Below are positions 24,810 through 37,152 of a stretch of DNA of 64,000 nucleotides, one piece after another; position 1 is the stretch's first letter; each line of letters starts with the position of its first letter. Origin of the DNA: Acanthaster planci (lineage: Eukaryota). A program made the position numbers and the translations under genes. Location of the stretch: contig NW_019091357.1 of NCBI RefSeq assembly GCF_001949145.1, positions 3,930,228 through 3,994,227 on the forward strand, given 5' to 3'. The notes beneath the pieces were generated by a model. The model had not been told where the DNA came from. It did no database searches and saw only the letters and a program-made list of their open reading frames with translations.

Positions 24810-25110
24810 CTTAATCGATTGTTTCGAAAAGTTGATGAAGTAAACCTTGGCAAATGTTGCAGGAGCTACCGCTGCAGCGAATCCAAGTGACTGTCTGAAC
24901 AGGAAAAGTAGCACTACAGCCACTGTGGTACTGCTGAGCGTGCCACCACGAAAACCGTATTCATAGGCGGTATAACCGGCGTCAGCACGTACCTTGCAGA
25001 CAGAGCCTGCCGGAGTAGTTGAATAGCCCCCTCTCTCGGTTAGTTTGAGAGATGCCGTACGGCTCGATGGACCAGACGTCCGCCCCTGTATCTTCCGCAG
25101 GCGTACCACA
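24810..25110 (-). other. Candidate non-coding (5' UTR) exon on the minus strand
   Basis: CpG-rich segment ending in a consensus donor AAG|GTAAGT (GT at 24809-24808), just downstream (minus sense) of a CCAAT/ETS cluster. The 5' boundary is a guess. Confidence 0.35.
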
Positions 25111-25419
25111 AATATTAATAGGCGTACATGTAGTGAGTTTACTTCAAGTTCATTTGTTTCCAGGGAATGTAGTTTAATTAAATATATTTGCTCACAGGTC
25201 GACCTCGTAAAATAAGATCTATTTCTATGACTCGGTAATGATTATAATTCACGTATGAACGATACTGAAGATGACCGGACATAAATTAATGACTACCATA
25301 AATTAATTTCATCTGTAATTTTAAATAATTAATGTAGGGGTCTGGGAATTCTTCAGTTTAATATCAACAAATTGTAATGTAACCTTTGAACGTTGCATGT
25401 GAGTAGGGCGTGATTTTGA

Positions 25420-25910
25420 GGCGGGCCAATGCTTGTGATTGGACGGAAGTGGCCTACAATGTTATACTCTTTGACTCGACTTGAGATACTTTTTCGGCGC
25501 CAGGGGGATTAGGCTGTTGACTTGGCTTGGGGTAGCAGTATGGCTACGTTTGTGTCTCAATTTTATCCTGGAATAAAAATCGGGATAATCCAACAGAAGT
25601 GTGAGACTCCAGTAGTATTCCCGTCGTCGTCCATCTCTCTCTGGCCGTTTTCCTTCCTTTTTTCCTGCCTTGATTGGGCCTCCGATTCCTCTTTCAGTGG
25701 CGAACGGACCGTCATCACCGAGCGATCGGCTGGGGGCCAGACCGCTACATTAACTTTCTTTAATCCTAGACGGATATTGAGAATACGGGCATTTCACAAT
25801 AGTGCGCCTCCAAGAGTTCGAAACGTGTTGGCCAATCACACTACGTGGAATCTGTCGACCCAGTGCGCGTTTAGAAAGGGTCGACAGATTTCGTGCGTTG
25901 TAATTGGCCC
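25420..25910. promoter_or_regulatory. Promoter-like region with several CCAAT boxes and an ETS-type site
   Basis: CCAAT 25426-25430, ATTGG 25438-25442, CGGAAGT 25444-25450, ATTGG 25673-25677, CCAAT 25832-25836, ATTGG 25903-25907; locally CpG-rich. Confidence 0.4.
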
Positions 25911-28900
25911 ATGCGTATAGCAAATTCATGGAGGCACACTATTGCAAATCGCCCGTATTCTAGTACAGTTGACAAGCGACAATGAAAGTAACGAAGATTA
26001 AAACAGACACCCACGGCCACCATAAACACTTGAAGTAACAGGTACATATACACACACACTTCACGTACATGTACAGATATAGGCAGGTCAGCCGCATGCA
26101 AAGTATTCATGTCGTATACAAAGGTTAGAGGTGAATAACTTTCAACACTTATTAACACACCAGAGGGAACTTTCTAAAACGTCCGAAATTCAAAAGGATC
26201 CCAGTTTCCAATTAAATTTATCTGCCCTGACAGTTTTATGACACGTGGGGGCACTGTGACACGTGAAAGCACAGTTTCTGCGATGTAACGCGCTTTCCTG
26301 TTCCGGGATGTTTCTGCTTACTTTCGCTGAAACCTAGTTCACGGTAGCGGTCTCAGGCATTTCTGAAGAAAGATTTACGCAAGTTATTTGGTAAAATCTT
26401 GTTTTTTCCTCCTGGGCATAATTTTTTGACGATGTTGGGGTAGCTGCATTTGATCCCAGCTAGATGGTGTTGTGAATAACATCCCTGTTTCCAGCATGCG
26501 ATCAACCGTCAAGAAAGTGGAGTACAAAACTGTCATTTGTATTACGGAGCTTCTACTGCCTACTGTTCCATCCCCCTGCACCTTTTATGTGTGTAATTTC
26601 CAAAAAAATAACAATTTCTCACCTATAGTGCACATTTTCAGGTCACAACAATGAGACCATAGAAGGACGTGAGTTGGAGTGTATAGATATAGTTAGCCTT
26701 CATTTTTCTTGTCCTGTTATTGTGATGGTGGTCCAGTTATCAAAGAATTCCTTTCGCTGATTATGAGGGGTTTTTATCATATAATGCAAAGGTCAAATAT
26801 TGAACTTAACAAACAATCGTTTCAATATAGACAATACACACCGTATACAGTTTTCATACACATATTCACACAGGTCAAAATTTTGCCAGAATTACTGATC
26901 TGTACAGGGGACGATTTTTTCCCTCTGAATTTACTCAGCTGTCGGGAGATAAACATTATCGTCAAGCAGGAGAGAACCAAACAAGCAAACATTTGATGTG
27001 TGCTGCGTCGAGCGGGGATACTTTAGAACCACTGTTTTGGCATGACTCTGTTCGCTCTTAACTTGGAGTCGCCATACCAGATGGAAAACGAGGCTACATT
27101 TGCAAAGATTAAGGCTGCTTGATGTTGTTATGGCTGCTATGAATCAAAATTTATTTATTTAGCCGAAGATTGACCAAGTATGGCCAAAAGTGCAAAGTCC
27201 TCATGCGAACAAAGACATATCTGCAATAGCTTGTTGTCCTTTAAATGCAGTCGAAAAAAAACAGATTTTTTTTCCATTTTTCAAAAGCACAATCAAACGA
27301 CCCGAATCAAATATCAAACGGATACAAAGTATCGGAACCTTTGATTCAGCGATTATTTCTCCACACTATCTAATTTAATCTTGCACATCATTTATTTTTA
27401 AAAATAAAGACAGTCCAGATGGTCGAAATGTTGCCATTAACTTCTTTACATTTGCAATGGGGATTTATCTTCGATTCCCTTGTTATGAAACGGCCCGACG
27501 TCCAGTTACTCGTACATCGTTACGTTAGCATTCTACATTTCGCAAAATTCACCATTAGTGATTCGCTTTCCATTTGTCAAAAACTGCTGCGAGAGATCGA
27601 CAAGCCTTGAAGCAGGAGACTGCATCGACCGATTCCAATCCGTCGTTTCGCCTGTTTAATGGAACGCTCTAAGCCCCGCTTCCTTTCCGGCCGATCTGCC
27701 GCTTGCCAGGCCTACGTGCAGTTCGCACGACGACCAATAATAATTCGTTATTACAATGAGGCGCGCTCCCATCTATATCACGGACTGGCAAAATTAATGC
27801 ACCCACTCGCCTCGCTCGTCGAAGTCATCGCTGCATCATCGGCGAGTGGGATTCAACCTCGGCGAATTCTCCGCGGTGGAAAGCTATCGCCTTGAGTACT
27901 ACCGCGGAGCGAGGAGAGAAATAAAAACAGACATAGCACAATCATCTACGCTGTGCGGGTATGCTGCGGTAGTACGTGTACTTCAATTCACATCATCTTT
28001 AGCTGCTCTGCGTCTTTCGTGAGCGGGACAGGACGACCTGCTCTCTCAAATTCCGAGCTCAATCTCGGGGATTTAACAAAGCGGGGGAAAAATAGGAACC
28101 AAATAAACTGCAACACCAGTTTGACGAATCGAGGTGGATCTCAGGGCAGCTAGGACAGCGTCTTCAAACCGGAGATATGGGCGCATAGAAAGGGAGTTTC
28201 GAGCCTGTTGGTTATTCCCCCTGAAAGGAGGTAGGTTTCTCCACTGCATAGAAGCCATCTTGTATTTACGTCTCTGCTTGCACTGCTAGGTCTGTGTTTG
28301 TTAGGGGCTGAGTGAAGCTTTGCTTGCGAAATTGATTTTCGCTTCACTTATCTCCCCATGATTTTTCCCGTTAAAGGTACGATGACAGCGCTGGGCAAGC
28401 AGCTTAGTTGATTAAAGCCCAAAGTCTTTAACGTTTCCCAACTCGTAGCCAAGAATAAATATAATTTGAATTATTTTAATTTATTCACGGCAAATAATTG
28501 ACACAAGAAATTTTGCACCTGACGTATTTTGATGTTGCGTGAAACCTGCTGCAGTTGAATTCTGGTTTAGTCGATTTTCAAATATCTTTGTTTCTTCGAC
28601 TTACTACTAGTACAAAGAGTACACGCATACAACACGCAATACCAAATACCTGTGTACATGTTTTTCCATAATGTATCATAAATCTGAAGTATATTTGTGT
28701 GAAATGCCGATTCGTTTATTCTGACCTAACCTTTATTAATTTAATAAGCACACTCGGTCTACTTTTCAGTTCGGATTGTCAACATCTTTGATTTCCCCCT
28801 ATATTTGGCAATACAGCGTGCAAGGCCTGAACCAATTAATATGTAAGATTTTTTTTTAATTTTTAATGAATTATAAATTATTTGGCCTGCGAATGTGTTA

Positions 28901-31900
28901 TCATCTTGGTTATGCTAATGCGAGGAATAATACTATAATTATCGGTTCATTGGTGATCAGTTTTCATGGCGCAACTCCAGTTGACAGCAAGTTAATAGTT
29001 TTGTCTTCTGTCTGCCCTTGTTTGTGTTCCTCTGGAAAATAAGTCGATTTGGAGTATCTGCTTCATTATTTATTTTTACCAGTCACACATTAACGCAGGT
29101 ATCTGCTTGATTTCCGGTTTTCCAATCAGTACAGCCGGTATTTCCACATTAAAACATTTTTTTCACAAAGCACGCCTACTCGTATTAATAACTATTCTGG
29201 AGTCTTTTTGTAATCAGGCTTCATGCCTTGAACGCAAAGTAGTTACTATGTGTTTGTATTGGAAAATGCATATATTCTGCCTTCTGGGGCTTATTTAAAG
29301 GTACTAGCTTTTTCAGAACAGAAGATTAGTAGTTGACCGGATCCATTTTGCATTCTGTTTTCAGAATATCATCGCATGTAGCTGAAAATTCGAGGGAAGA
29401 TATTTTATGCACTCGGGCAATTCCTGGTCTTGGTTAATTATCTCGTTGGGATTATGTATGATGGCTCCAGTATCCAGAAGGCTGAATAAATCTCTTTGAA
29501 CTGTCTAAAGGAGCCTGAGTACTCAATTTTTCGAATTGTATCTGGAAAGAGCTTCTAGAGGCAATGCTTTGTGTCGTAGTAATTACGAATGAGCACGGGA
29601 AATACTTGAGACTCTCTGGATTACCCATGATTGCCACGCAAAGACTGTGATCTATTAGAATGCATCATTGGGCTTTGTATGTGCACAAGTGCAGCCTCAA
29701 CGGTGACAAAGACAGAGCCGGGCAGTCCAAAACGCAATTGGTCGGATCAATGATCCAACCCTCGCCAACAGAGGGCGGTGCTTCATCCAAATTATGGATT
29801 TTGTATTAAATTCGGCATTGATGGTATGTAGAGATGTTCAAATTCTAGGCTCATTTCCTCATCTTAGCCCACTGGCTTTAACCACGAAACCTCATTGTGA
29901 CTCGAAAGGGACGCAAACATTTTTTTTCTGTTAAACTGAGATGAGTGTTGTCACTGGCACTTTGTGCTCACAATGAATACAAATGAAAAAAAAATTGGGT
30001 TAGACAAGATGTGAATTCTGTACGGCCATGACATGGTCTTATAATTCCCGATCCAGACGTTAACAGACGAATTTGGTTTGGGAGCCGAAAACAGTGAAAC
30101 AAAACAAGAGAATATCCATCTCTCAACCACACACGGGCAAGCGAAGGCTGCGTCATTTCTCGAGACATACAATCTTTTCGTTTCGTTTTTGATGTGGGCT
30201 TACTCGCAGTTCAGCAACCAACTGAAGCCTCTGGCAGGTCGAAAATGGTGGATTTAATTTTCGTTTTTAACCAACAGTGAGACTAAGGGATCCTTCGTTA
30301 TCAAAGAAATAATAGAGACGCCCACACATGCCCTTGAGGGAGAGAGCTATAGGCCTATGCAAGGAAAAGACCGTATTTGTATGCTTGACTTGCTTAGTTC
30401 CTTATGTACAATTATCTCGGCGATGGTTAAAGTGTACATTCGTGAGGCCAATCATTTCGTATTGGTGACTTGTTTGTGGGGAGATTTTATAATGTGAACA
30501 GCCAAAGACCCGGATTCCTGCGTTCCTTCATGTATCGTGACTTGTTTTCTGCAACCTGTTTGCACTGGACTTACATGTTGCAGGATGTTCAAAACCAGTG
30601 TGAATTTAGGTGTGTCGATTTTTTTATGGTCAGAACTGGACCATTTCTCTCTTTTTTTCTTCATTAGAAGGGCACACCTGGCCAGAAGATGTTGGTGGGA
30701 GACCAAAAGGGGCTTGGAGGTGGATGGAAGATTTGGGACTTGGTTTGTACGCATGCGCTAATATTCGGCATAGTCATGGTCACTCTCTGTTGCTTTTTAA
30801 AATGACGACACCAGCCAGCAAACAACTATACCATTGTCCATCTGGGGAGATCTTCAGCATTGTGTAAAACTTGGCTACCTTTATGACAGGGAAATACAAT
30901 CAGGCTTCAGATTTCACTTTGAGGTGTTGTTTCTTTTTAATCATACGCGACATTTCGGAGAAAATGGGGTTAAAGATGTCTGTGTACGTTACTTTTCCGA
31001 ACGCAAAAAAGGGTATTTTAAAATCGAAATTTTGAATTGTTCTCCAGTTTATCCACACATGCTAAGTATCTTGGTAATTGGAAAAGTGCTTGAAAAAGGA
31101 TACCATGAATATGTTTGAGGTATTGCGAATTGCCCTTCGTTAGTTTCACCAACTTCAAGTTTGGCTCTCTGTCAACTGATGGTAGGCCATGATTTATGTG
31201 TGCACATGTGCACGTATTAAACACTGCGCAGTGCATGTACATAATGTACTCCATCAACGCACGTACACATGCACTACTATACGGAGAAATGATTCTCGTG
31301 CAAAATCGTCAGTTCGCAATAGCTTGAAAACACTTCCGATGTTTTATCGGGTCTTAATTCACATGACGCTTTATTTCGTTTGTTTGGATAAACTTGATAA
31401 GTATTTTTAAAATGGGAATGACTGTGGACGTATTTTCTTTCAAATTTGGTTGTGTTTATTTTTTTCAGAAATATATGTTTCTGATTTTGTGCGATTGGGT
31501 TCATATAATACGGTGATCTAGTGGGTTTTACTCAATTTTAGTTATCAGGTCAGGCCTAACTCTGTGAAGTTTATTTGTTGGTATTTTGTTAACTAAATTA
31601 TGGTCTCCATCCGCGGAAAGAGGTGTCGGAATGGTGTCCGGCCTCGCCTGCCTCGAAATCCACAGTAAAGTGCTCGAGTGCGCATGCGCTACCTCTCAAC
31701 TAAGTGGCGTACAAATGCATGGGAGTGAACATACGTGTTGACTGTATTATCCAGTCCCGGTCTGTCTGTCTCTTTGCTCGGAATTCAGGTCATTTTTCGA
31801 AAGGATGGGCTTAAAATCTCGGCTTGATTAGTTTTAATTTTATTTGGGATCATAGTTGTTACAAAATATTTATGTTCCTTTCCAGGACTGCAAACACTGC

Positions 31901-33375
31901 AGTATATAAATTATAACCCTCGTTATGCACATAGGAGTAGCGAGAGCACTGACGTAGCACCAATCTAACACCACACCTTTTGTAATGAGTTTTCAGTGGT
32001 ACAGTGCTCAACAAAAACTGATCTTTCAACTTGAGATTTCAGCTACAGGAAATCTCGATGTTTGTGAGGAAGTGCTTTTTTCAAAGAACTATCCATAACG
32101 AGGTCCCACTTCGTTCGTATCCATGGTAACTGCTTGGCAGTTTCCCGCCTCCCCGCCTGGCCTGACAAAGGAGTCAGCAAATGAACTCCAGGTATAGTCG
32201 CCTCTTACAACAGGAAGGCCTATGGCGACGATTTTTTTCCTTCGAATTAATTGGAAGGGAAGTCCCGCGAACTAATTACGACTGACGTGTGCACATTATC
32301 ACGACAATGGAGACTGTTATCAGAGAGTGGGAAGAACTTCTGACAAACGGTAGCGAGCGGTGTCAACATCCTCCGATAGTTATGTTTACCAAGCTAAAAA
32401 TGAAGAATGTGTTTTTTAAGGGAGCAGGGAGACAAATAGGAGAACTACACCTGCTCTTTTCACCAGCATACCTCAAACTGCACAAGATTTCGGATTGCAG
32501 TGTCTCGAAACATCTTCTTTGCTGTATGCCCGAACCCCCACTTGGCAGAGGATAGTCTCTTTAACAAGCTCTGCTCTCGATTGACTGGATAAACATCGAG
32601 TGGGCGACGTTACTGTAGGACTTCGAGATTGGGCTTCAATGACGTCAAGGCGTGCTTGTTTCTATCGTGTTTCCGCATGATTTGACACCAGTGTTACATA
32701 GTCAAATAATAAATCGTGTTTTTAACCCAGTGTTGTCGTAAAAATCGCTTCAATAAGGCACGAAATGGATTGTCCTCACATTTAAACTGTCTCGTGTGCA
32801 CGTAGCTCTCAAACCTTAAACACACTCGAAACGCCCCCTCTCCATTTAAATTCGACAGAGCTGATGTGTGAAGACTTCAGAAGGCCTTTGGTAATGCTTT
32901 GCCTGAGAAGAGTTGAAGTAGTGACATGAGATTTAAAATTAAACACGAGCCACTGTGAGCATCAAATCCGGTCCGTATGGGTACATCAGGTCTGAGTTCT
33001 TCTTGTCTTGGGCTGCGTCTCTAGCACTTGGCTGCGACACGGAGTATCATGCGCCTATGTAGGAGCCACTTCAGCCTCGTTCCATTGTGTACGATCTTGC
33101 CGCGCCATGTTAGTCCCCACCATGCCTTGCGCGATCTAACCCCTGGTATTTTATAATTTGAATATTTGGGTTATTTAAATTAGGACTTTATTCTGTGTGT
33201 TTACTAGCGACGCAGATTTACGCGTGCGTGACGTGCATGAGAATACGAGGGCACGAGTGCGCAGCTTTTGAAATACGCGTGCGATTCACTTCACGTTTAT
33301 GTATATTCATCCTTAATAGCCAGTCAGCGTCATATGCGTAGTCTACACGACCAGGGGCTAGTGAAAGAACGTGCA

Positions 33376-33421
33376 GGCAGCCCATGGAGTCACTTGGCAG
33401 CCCATGGGGCCACTTGGCAGC
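33376..33421. repeat. Short tandem repeat, 20-bp unit x2.3
   Basis: GGCAGCCCATGGAGTCACTT / GGCAGCCCATGGGGCCACTT / GGCAGC. Confidence 0.8.
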
Positions 33422-34489
33422 GACTGTATTATATCCGGTTCTCATAGACCTTGTGTTACCACTGACCCCATCAAAATGATTGGTGCTGAGTCTTCAAAGG
33501 AACTAGGTCCCTGCGTGGCGCAAAAATGACCTAGATCTAGAGAAGCAATGCGGGAATTCTTTGTGACTTAGAGGATAAGCACAAATAATATCACAAGAAC
33601 ATGTTGGAATTACTGACTGCGACGGACTTCATAAGCCAATGGTGACCCTACTTGAGGACGTTGACAGTTTTATTTCGCATACAACTTGACTTGATTGGAG
33701 AATGTATGTGCATATATGCATTGTACATGCATAAGCGCATATCTCTTTAATAGGATGTTGCAGGTTTATTGTTGTGCAACCTTTTTAATAATGACGAAGT
33801 TGTATTACTGCGTGCAGAAAGTACAGAAATCCAATTAACTTGCACAGTGAGTCGGCTGGCAAAATCTGGGCCTTGAGGCGAGCATATATGCAAAGATTTT
33901 TTTTTTTTCAATTTTAATAGTGCACTTAGTTGCGTGGGCCACCAAGGACTTCATTTACAGCGGGGCTAGAGGGCGAATGTGTTACATATGACACTTCGCC
34001 ACCGTTCTGATGTCGGTCACCGCCTCGTCAGGAATTATATTTACTATCGGACCGATGCCAAACTGTGAATCAAAACAATATTGTTCTTTAGCAGGACGCC
34101 CGCCTGTGCTTCCTGCGGATGCTTTCTCTCCCAGGGTATAGACCTCTATCATAGGGCAGCTATCTTACTTTTCTACCATTCAAAGCAATGTATTCAAACT
34201 GTATACCAAATTGAGCCTAGCGGGAAGAATAGTCTGGTCCTTTTCAACAGAATAAGTCGTATAACTGTTGCCTGTATATAACTATAACTTGTTTACAGGG
34301 AAAAATTCAAACATGGTAGGTTTATTGTGGTGACCCGTTACAACGCTTTGCATACTTTTTTCCCTTGAATCGTTTCATTCAGGAACTCGTATCCTTGGAA
34401 GTGTATACCTTGTTTTTACACACCGAAATCCGATATCATTATAAGGTTAATAGGGGTAATGTTTGGATCGTTTCACGAATAACAATTCT

Positions 34490-34512
34490 CCATCTTATTT
34501 TTATCTTGACAG
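34490..34512 (+). other. Splice acceptor preceding the neurensin-like coding exon
   Basis: Pyrimidine-rich ...CATCTTATTTTTATCTTGACAG| ending at 34512, 86 nt before the ATG. Implies at least one upstream 5' UTR exon. Confidence 0.6.
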
Positions 34513-34598
34513 AATGGAAAAAATGAACGCAGAACAGCTATGATGAGAGATTCTATTGACGTCGTCTTCTAGGAGAAAACAAACAAATCGACGGGATC

Positions 34599-35474
34599 AT
34601 GGAACCTCAGTCGTCAAATAATGGTGCGAATGGAGGAACACATATGCCGCAATCGGTCATGGGACCAGGGGCTGGCAGTGTCATTCGACCTCGCCCACCC
34701 GTGCCCAAACCAACCCCACCACCGCCAGCACCAGCTGGAAGCATTAGCAACGCGGCCGCGGCATCTCAAGCCGCGGCCCGCCGCAAGCTGACCCGGCCAC
34801 CCCGCCTGGAGAGCGTCTCGGAGAGCGAGCACAGCGACCGGTCCTGCGTGGACTCACCGGCCAGCTCCGACTCCTTTGGCGTCAAGTCCTACCTGCACAA
34901 GTTCTACGAGGAGGACCCAGCCTACAAGGACCGCGACGACATCTACTGCGAGGACGAGGAGCACCCACTGGCCGACCTGGCAGCTCGCAAGCGGCGACGG
35001 GGCCCCTGCGGCTGCTGCTCCCCGGTCTGGTGGAAGGCTGGGGCCTGGGTGGGCCTTAACATCCTGATCTTGGCCATCCTGGCGCTGATGGTAGGCTATT
35101 TCATCACCCCGCGGAAGGAAGTCCTCGGCTACAACGAGGACGTAGCAGTGGTGGACGAGGACGCGCGGAAGTTCAACCGGCGACTGGACTCGGCCAAGCT
35201 GGCGGGGCTGATCATGATGTGTGCCGGCGGGCTGGTCATTGCCGTCTCCCTCCTCATCCCGAGTTTCTGCTTCGCCAGCGACGAGGACAGCTACAGAGAC
35301 GAGATCAGGGTGGATGCCGAGAACACCTTCCCGCCGTACATGCCGATTGCGTCGCAGCACGAGACCGCCGAGGACGGTATACCGTACACGTCGGCGCTGA
35401 CCAACGTCCAGCCAGAGAGGGCAAAGGGAGAGGCAGTAATAGCAGGCAAAGGAGTTGTGAGCGTCCAGCAGTGA
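34599..35474 (+). CDS. NRSN1: Neurensin-family two-TM vesicular membrane protein (NRSN1/VMP-like), 291 aa
   Basis: Contains FGVKSYLHKFYEE, matching the neurensin hallmark (YGVRSYLHQFYE in vertebrates). Two hydrophobic helices (AWVGLNILILAILALMVGYFI and LAGLIMMCAGGLVIAVSLLIPSFCF) are separated by the 'VVDEDARKFNRRLD' loop. Strong GC3 bias and ATCATGG start context. Confidence 0.9.
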   Translation: MEPQSSNNGANGGTHMPQSVMGPGAGSVIRPRPPVPKPTPPPPAPAGSISNAAAASQAAARRKLTRPPRLESVSESEHSDRSCVDSPASSDSFGVKSYLHKFYEEDPAYKDRDDIYCEDEEHPLADLAARKRRRGPCGCCSPVWWKAGAWVGLNILILAILALMVGYFITPRKEVLGYNEDVAVVDEDARKFNRRLDSAKLAGLIMMCAGGLVIAVSLLIPSFCFASDEDSYRDEIRVDAENTFPPYMPIASQHETAEDGIPYTSALTNVQPERAKGEAVIAGKGVVSVQQ

Positions 35475-37010
35475 AGCACATTCCAGTAGTCTCGACGCTT
35501 GTAGCTGTGAACTTCGGAAGTTGGGCTGAAACGTCCGATGCGTGAATTGTGAGAGGAATCGTCATTGTCACATCATTATTGACAGCATAGATTGGCCATC
35601 TAAGGAGTCTTGCATCCTTCAGATCAAGAGTTTATGTAATCCGAGCCTTGATTTCATTTCAAACACATTCTGAGCAGAAAGTTGAAAGAAAACAATGCAC
35701 TGAACCAACAGAAGAAGACTTGTCAACCAAAACCAGGGGGTTGTGATGATTCAAAAGAGAGCCGATGTATGGGTACAAAATACAAGGTTAAGAGAATCGT
35801 TGGTTTCCGTTCTACTTAGAACTCCCATAGGTGGACCTTCTTCACAATGATGCAGTCAAACCTTTCCCACCTGTAAAGTAAATACATTTAATTGTTCGTT
35901 CGAGCATGGAGAGCAAACGGAATACGTGGTTAGAGTCGTGCCCATGTTAGGACAACTCCTTTCCTTAGATCCAGTAGGGACTTTTGGTACCCTTGATCGT
36001 CGCAGCGTGTGTGATCTCAACCAATTCCCTGGCTTCGGGGCGTGTATTTCCGACACCACAGACCATCGACGCCGAAACCACACACAATTGTTTCCATTTT
36101 GCTTACGGGCAATCTCCCATTTATTATCGTCCAGCTTGCATGACCAGGAGAACCGAGCCACACTTTCAAAACAAAAACATTCACACTGCCTCTCCTATTT
36201 TCTTACGTAGGACCAGTTTGGAAAGAGAACAAACATGTTCTTTGTGACCATGACATTTTGGTATTTGTCCCCTAATTCAGAGATGACTATTTTCAACTGA
36301 TCGCTCGTGATGTTTAACATTACTAAGGACCTCGTGCTACGAGCAAGCATTTTAAACTTGAAGATTCGTGTTTAAGGGCACATTATAGATGTTGCTGGTT
36401 TTGAAACCGATGTTTATAAATATTGAATTGTTGTGTATGATGTGCATAAATTTGGTACGATGCGTTCATCACTATATATGAATTTTCGAGTCTGGCTGAT
36501 TGATCGTTTCAGGCGTCGTTCTTCAACAGGACGTTAGGTCGGTTCACAAATGTATAGTGGCGATTCAGCAAGAAATGGGGACCAGTGAAAGTAAAGTTGA
36601 TCGAAGGTTGGTAAGAAAATCCTCCATACAAAACACTTGGGATTATTATACTGATTCGTGTTGCAGTTTGCGGGGGAAGGGCCTACGTCTGAGTGGAGAC
36701 ACGCTCCTCAGCCCTGTGACGTCTGCAACGAGGTAAGGTCATGTTGTCCCCACATTGTGCGCTTTGACATTAAGTGAAATAGATGACTGTGTAAGAAACG
36801 GGCTTCCAGAGCTACGGCTACGTCTTTATCAGCGAGTCTCCGTGTATTTCTAATCGAGTTTAGACTTAGACCTAGCTCTAGACAATAGGTTCAGATGCAG
36901 CCTTAAATGCACTTGACCAATCATGCATTTTGGAGAACCGTTAATTTATTCATTGTGATTGGCTGACGCAAACACAAGCAGTGTATTCTAAGTACAGCTT
37001 GATGGCCCAT

Positions 37011-37152
37011 TAGATATCTTGGAAACAGGTTTTGAGACATCTGTAAATAAATTTCAAAATGTCTCAAAATGTATTTGATATAAAATGGATTTCAAGATAT
37101 CTCTAAATCGATTACAGATATCTCAAAATCTCAAAAAAGATATATTGAAATA
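37011..37152. repeat. Degenerate AGATATCT-based tandem repeat
   Basis: Recurring AGATATCT/AGACATCT/AAATGTCT cores at about 21-bp spacing. Confidence 0.6.

Noticed and set aside
28140..28162. REST/NRSE-like site upstream of neurensin (GGACAGCGTC)
   Set aside because: Only an imperfect half-site; the left half (TTCAGCACC) is absent.
32755..32765. miR-124-like TAAGGCACG (and similar partial miRNA matches elsewhere)
   Set aside because: Seed-length match only; no full mature sequence or hairpin.
34614..35571. Overlapping ORFs around neurensin (34854-35360 minus, 35219-35545 plus, etc.)
   Set aside because: Shadow frames of the GC-rich CDS with no independent homology.
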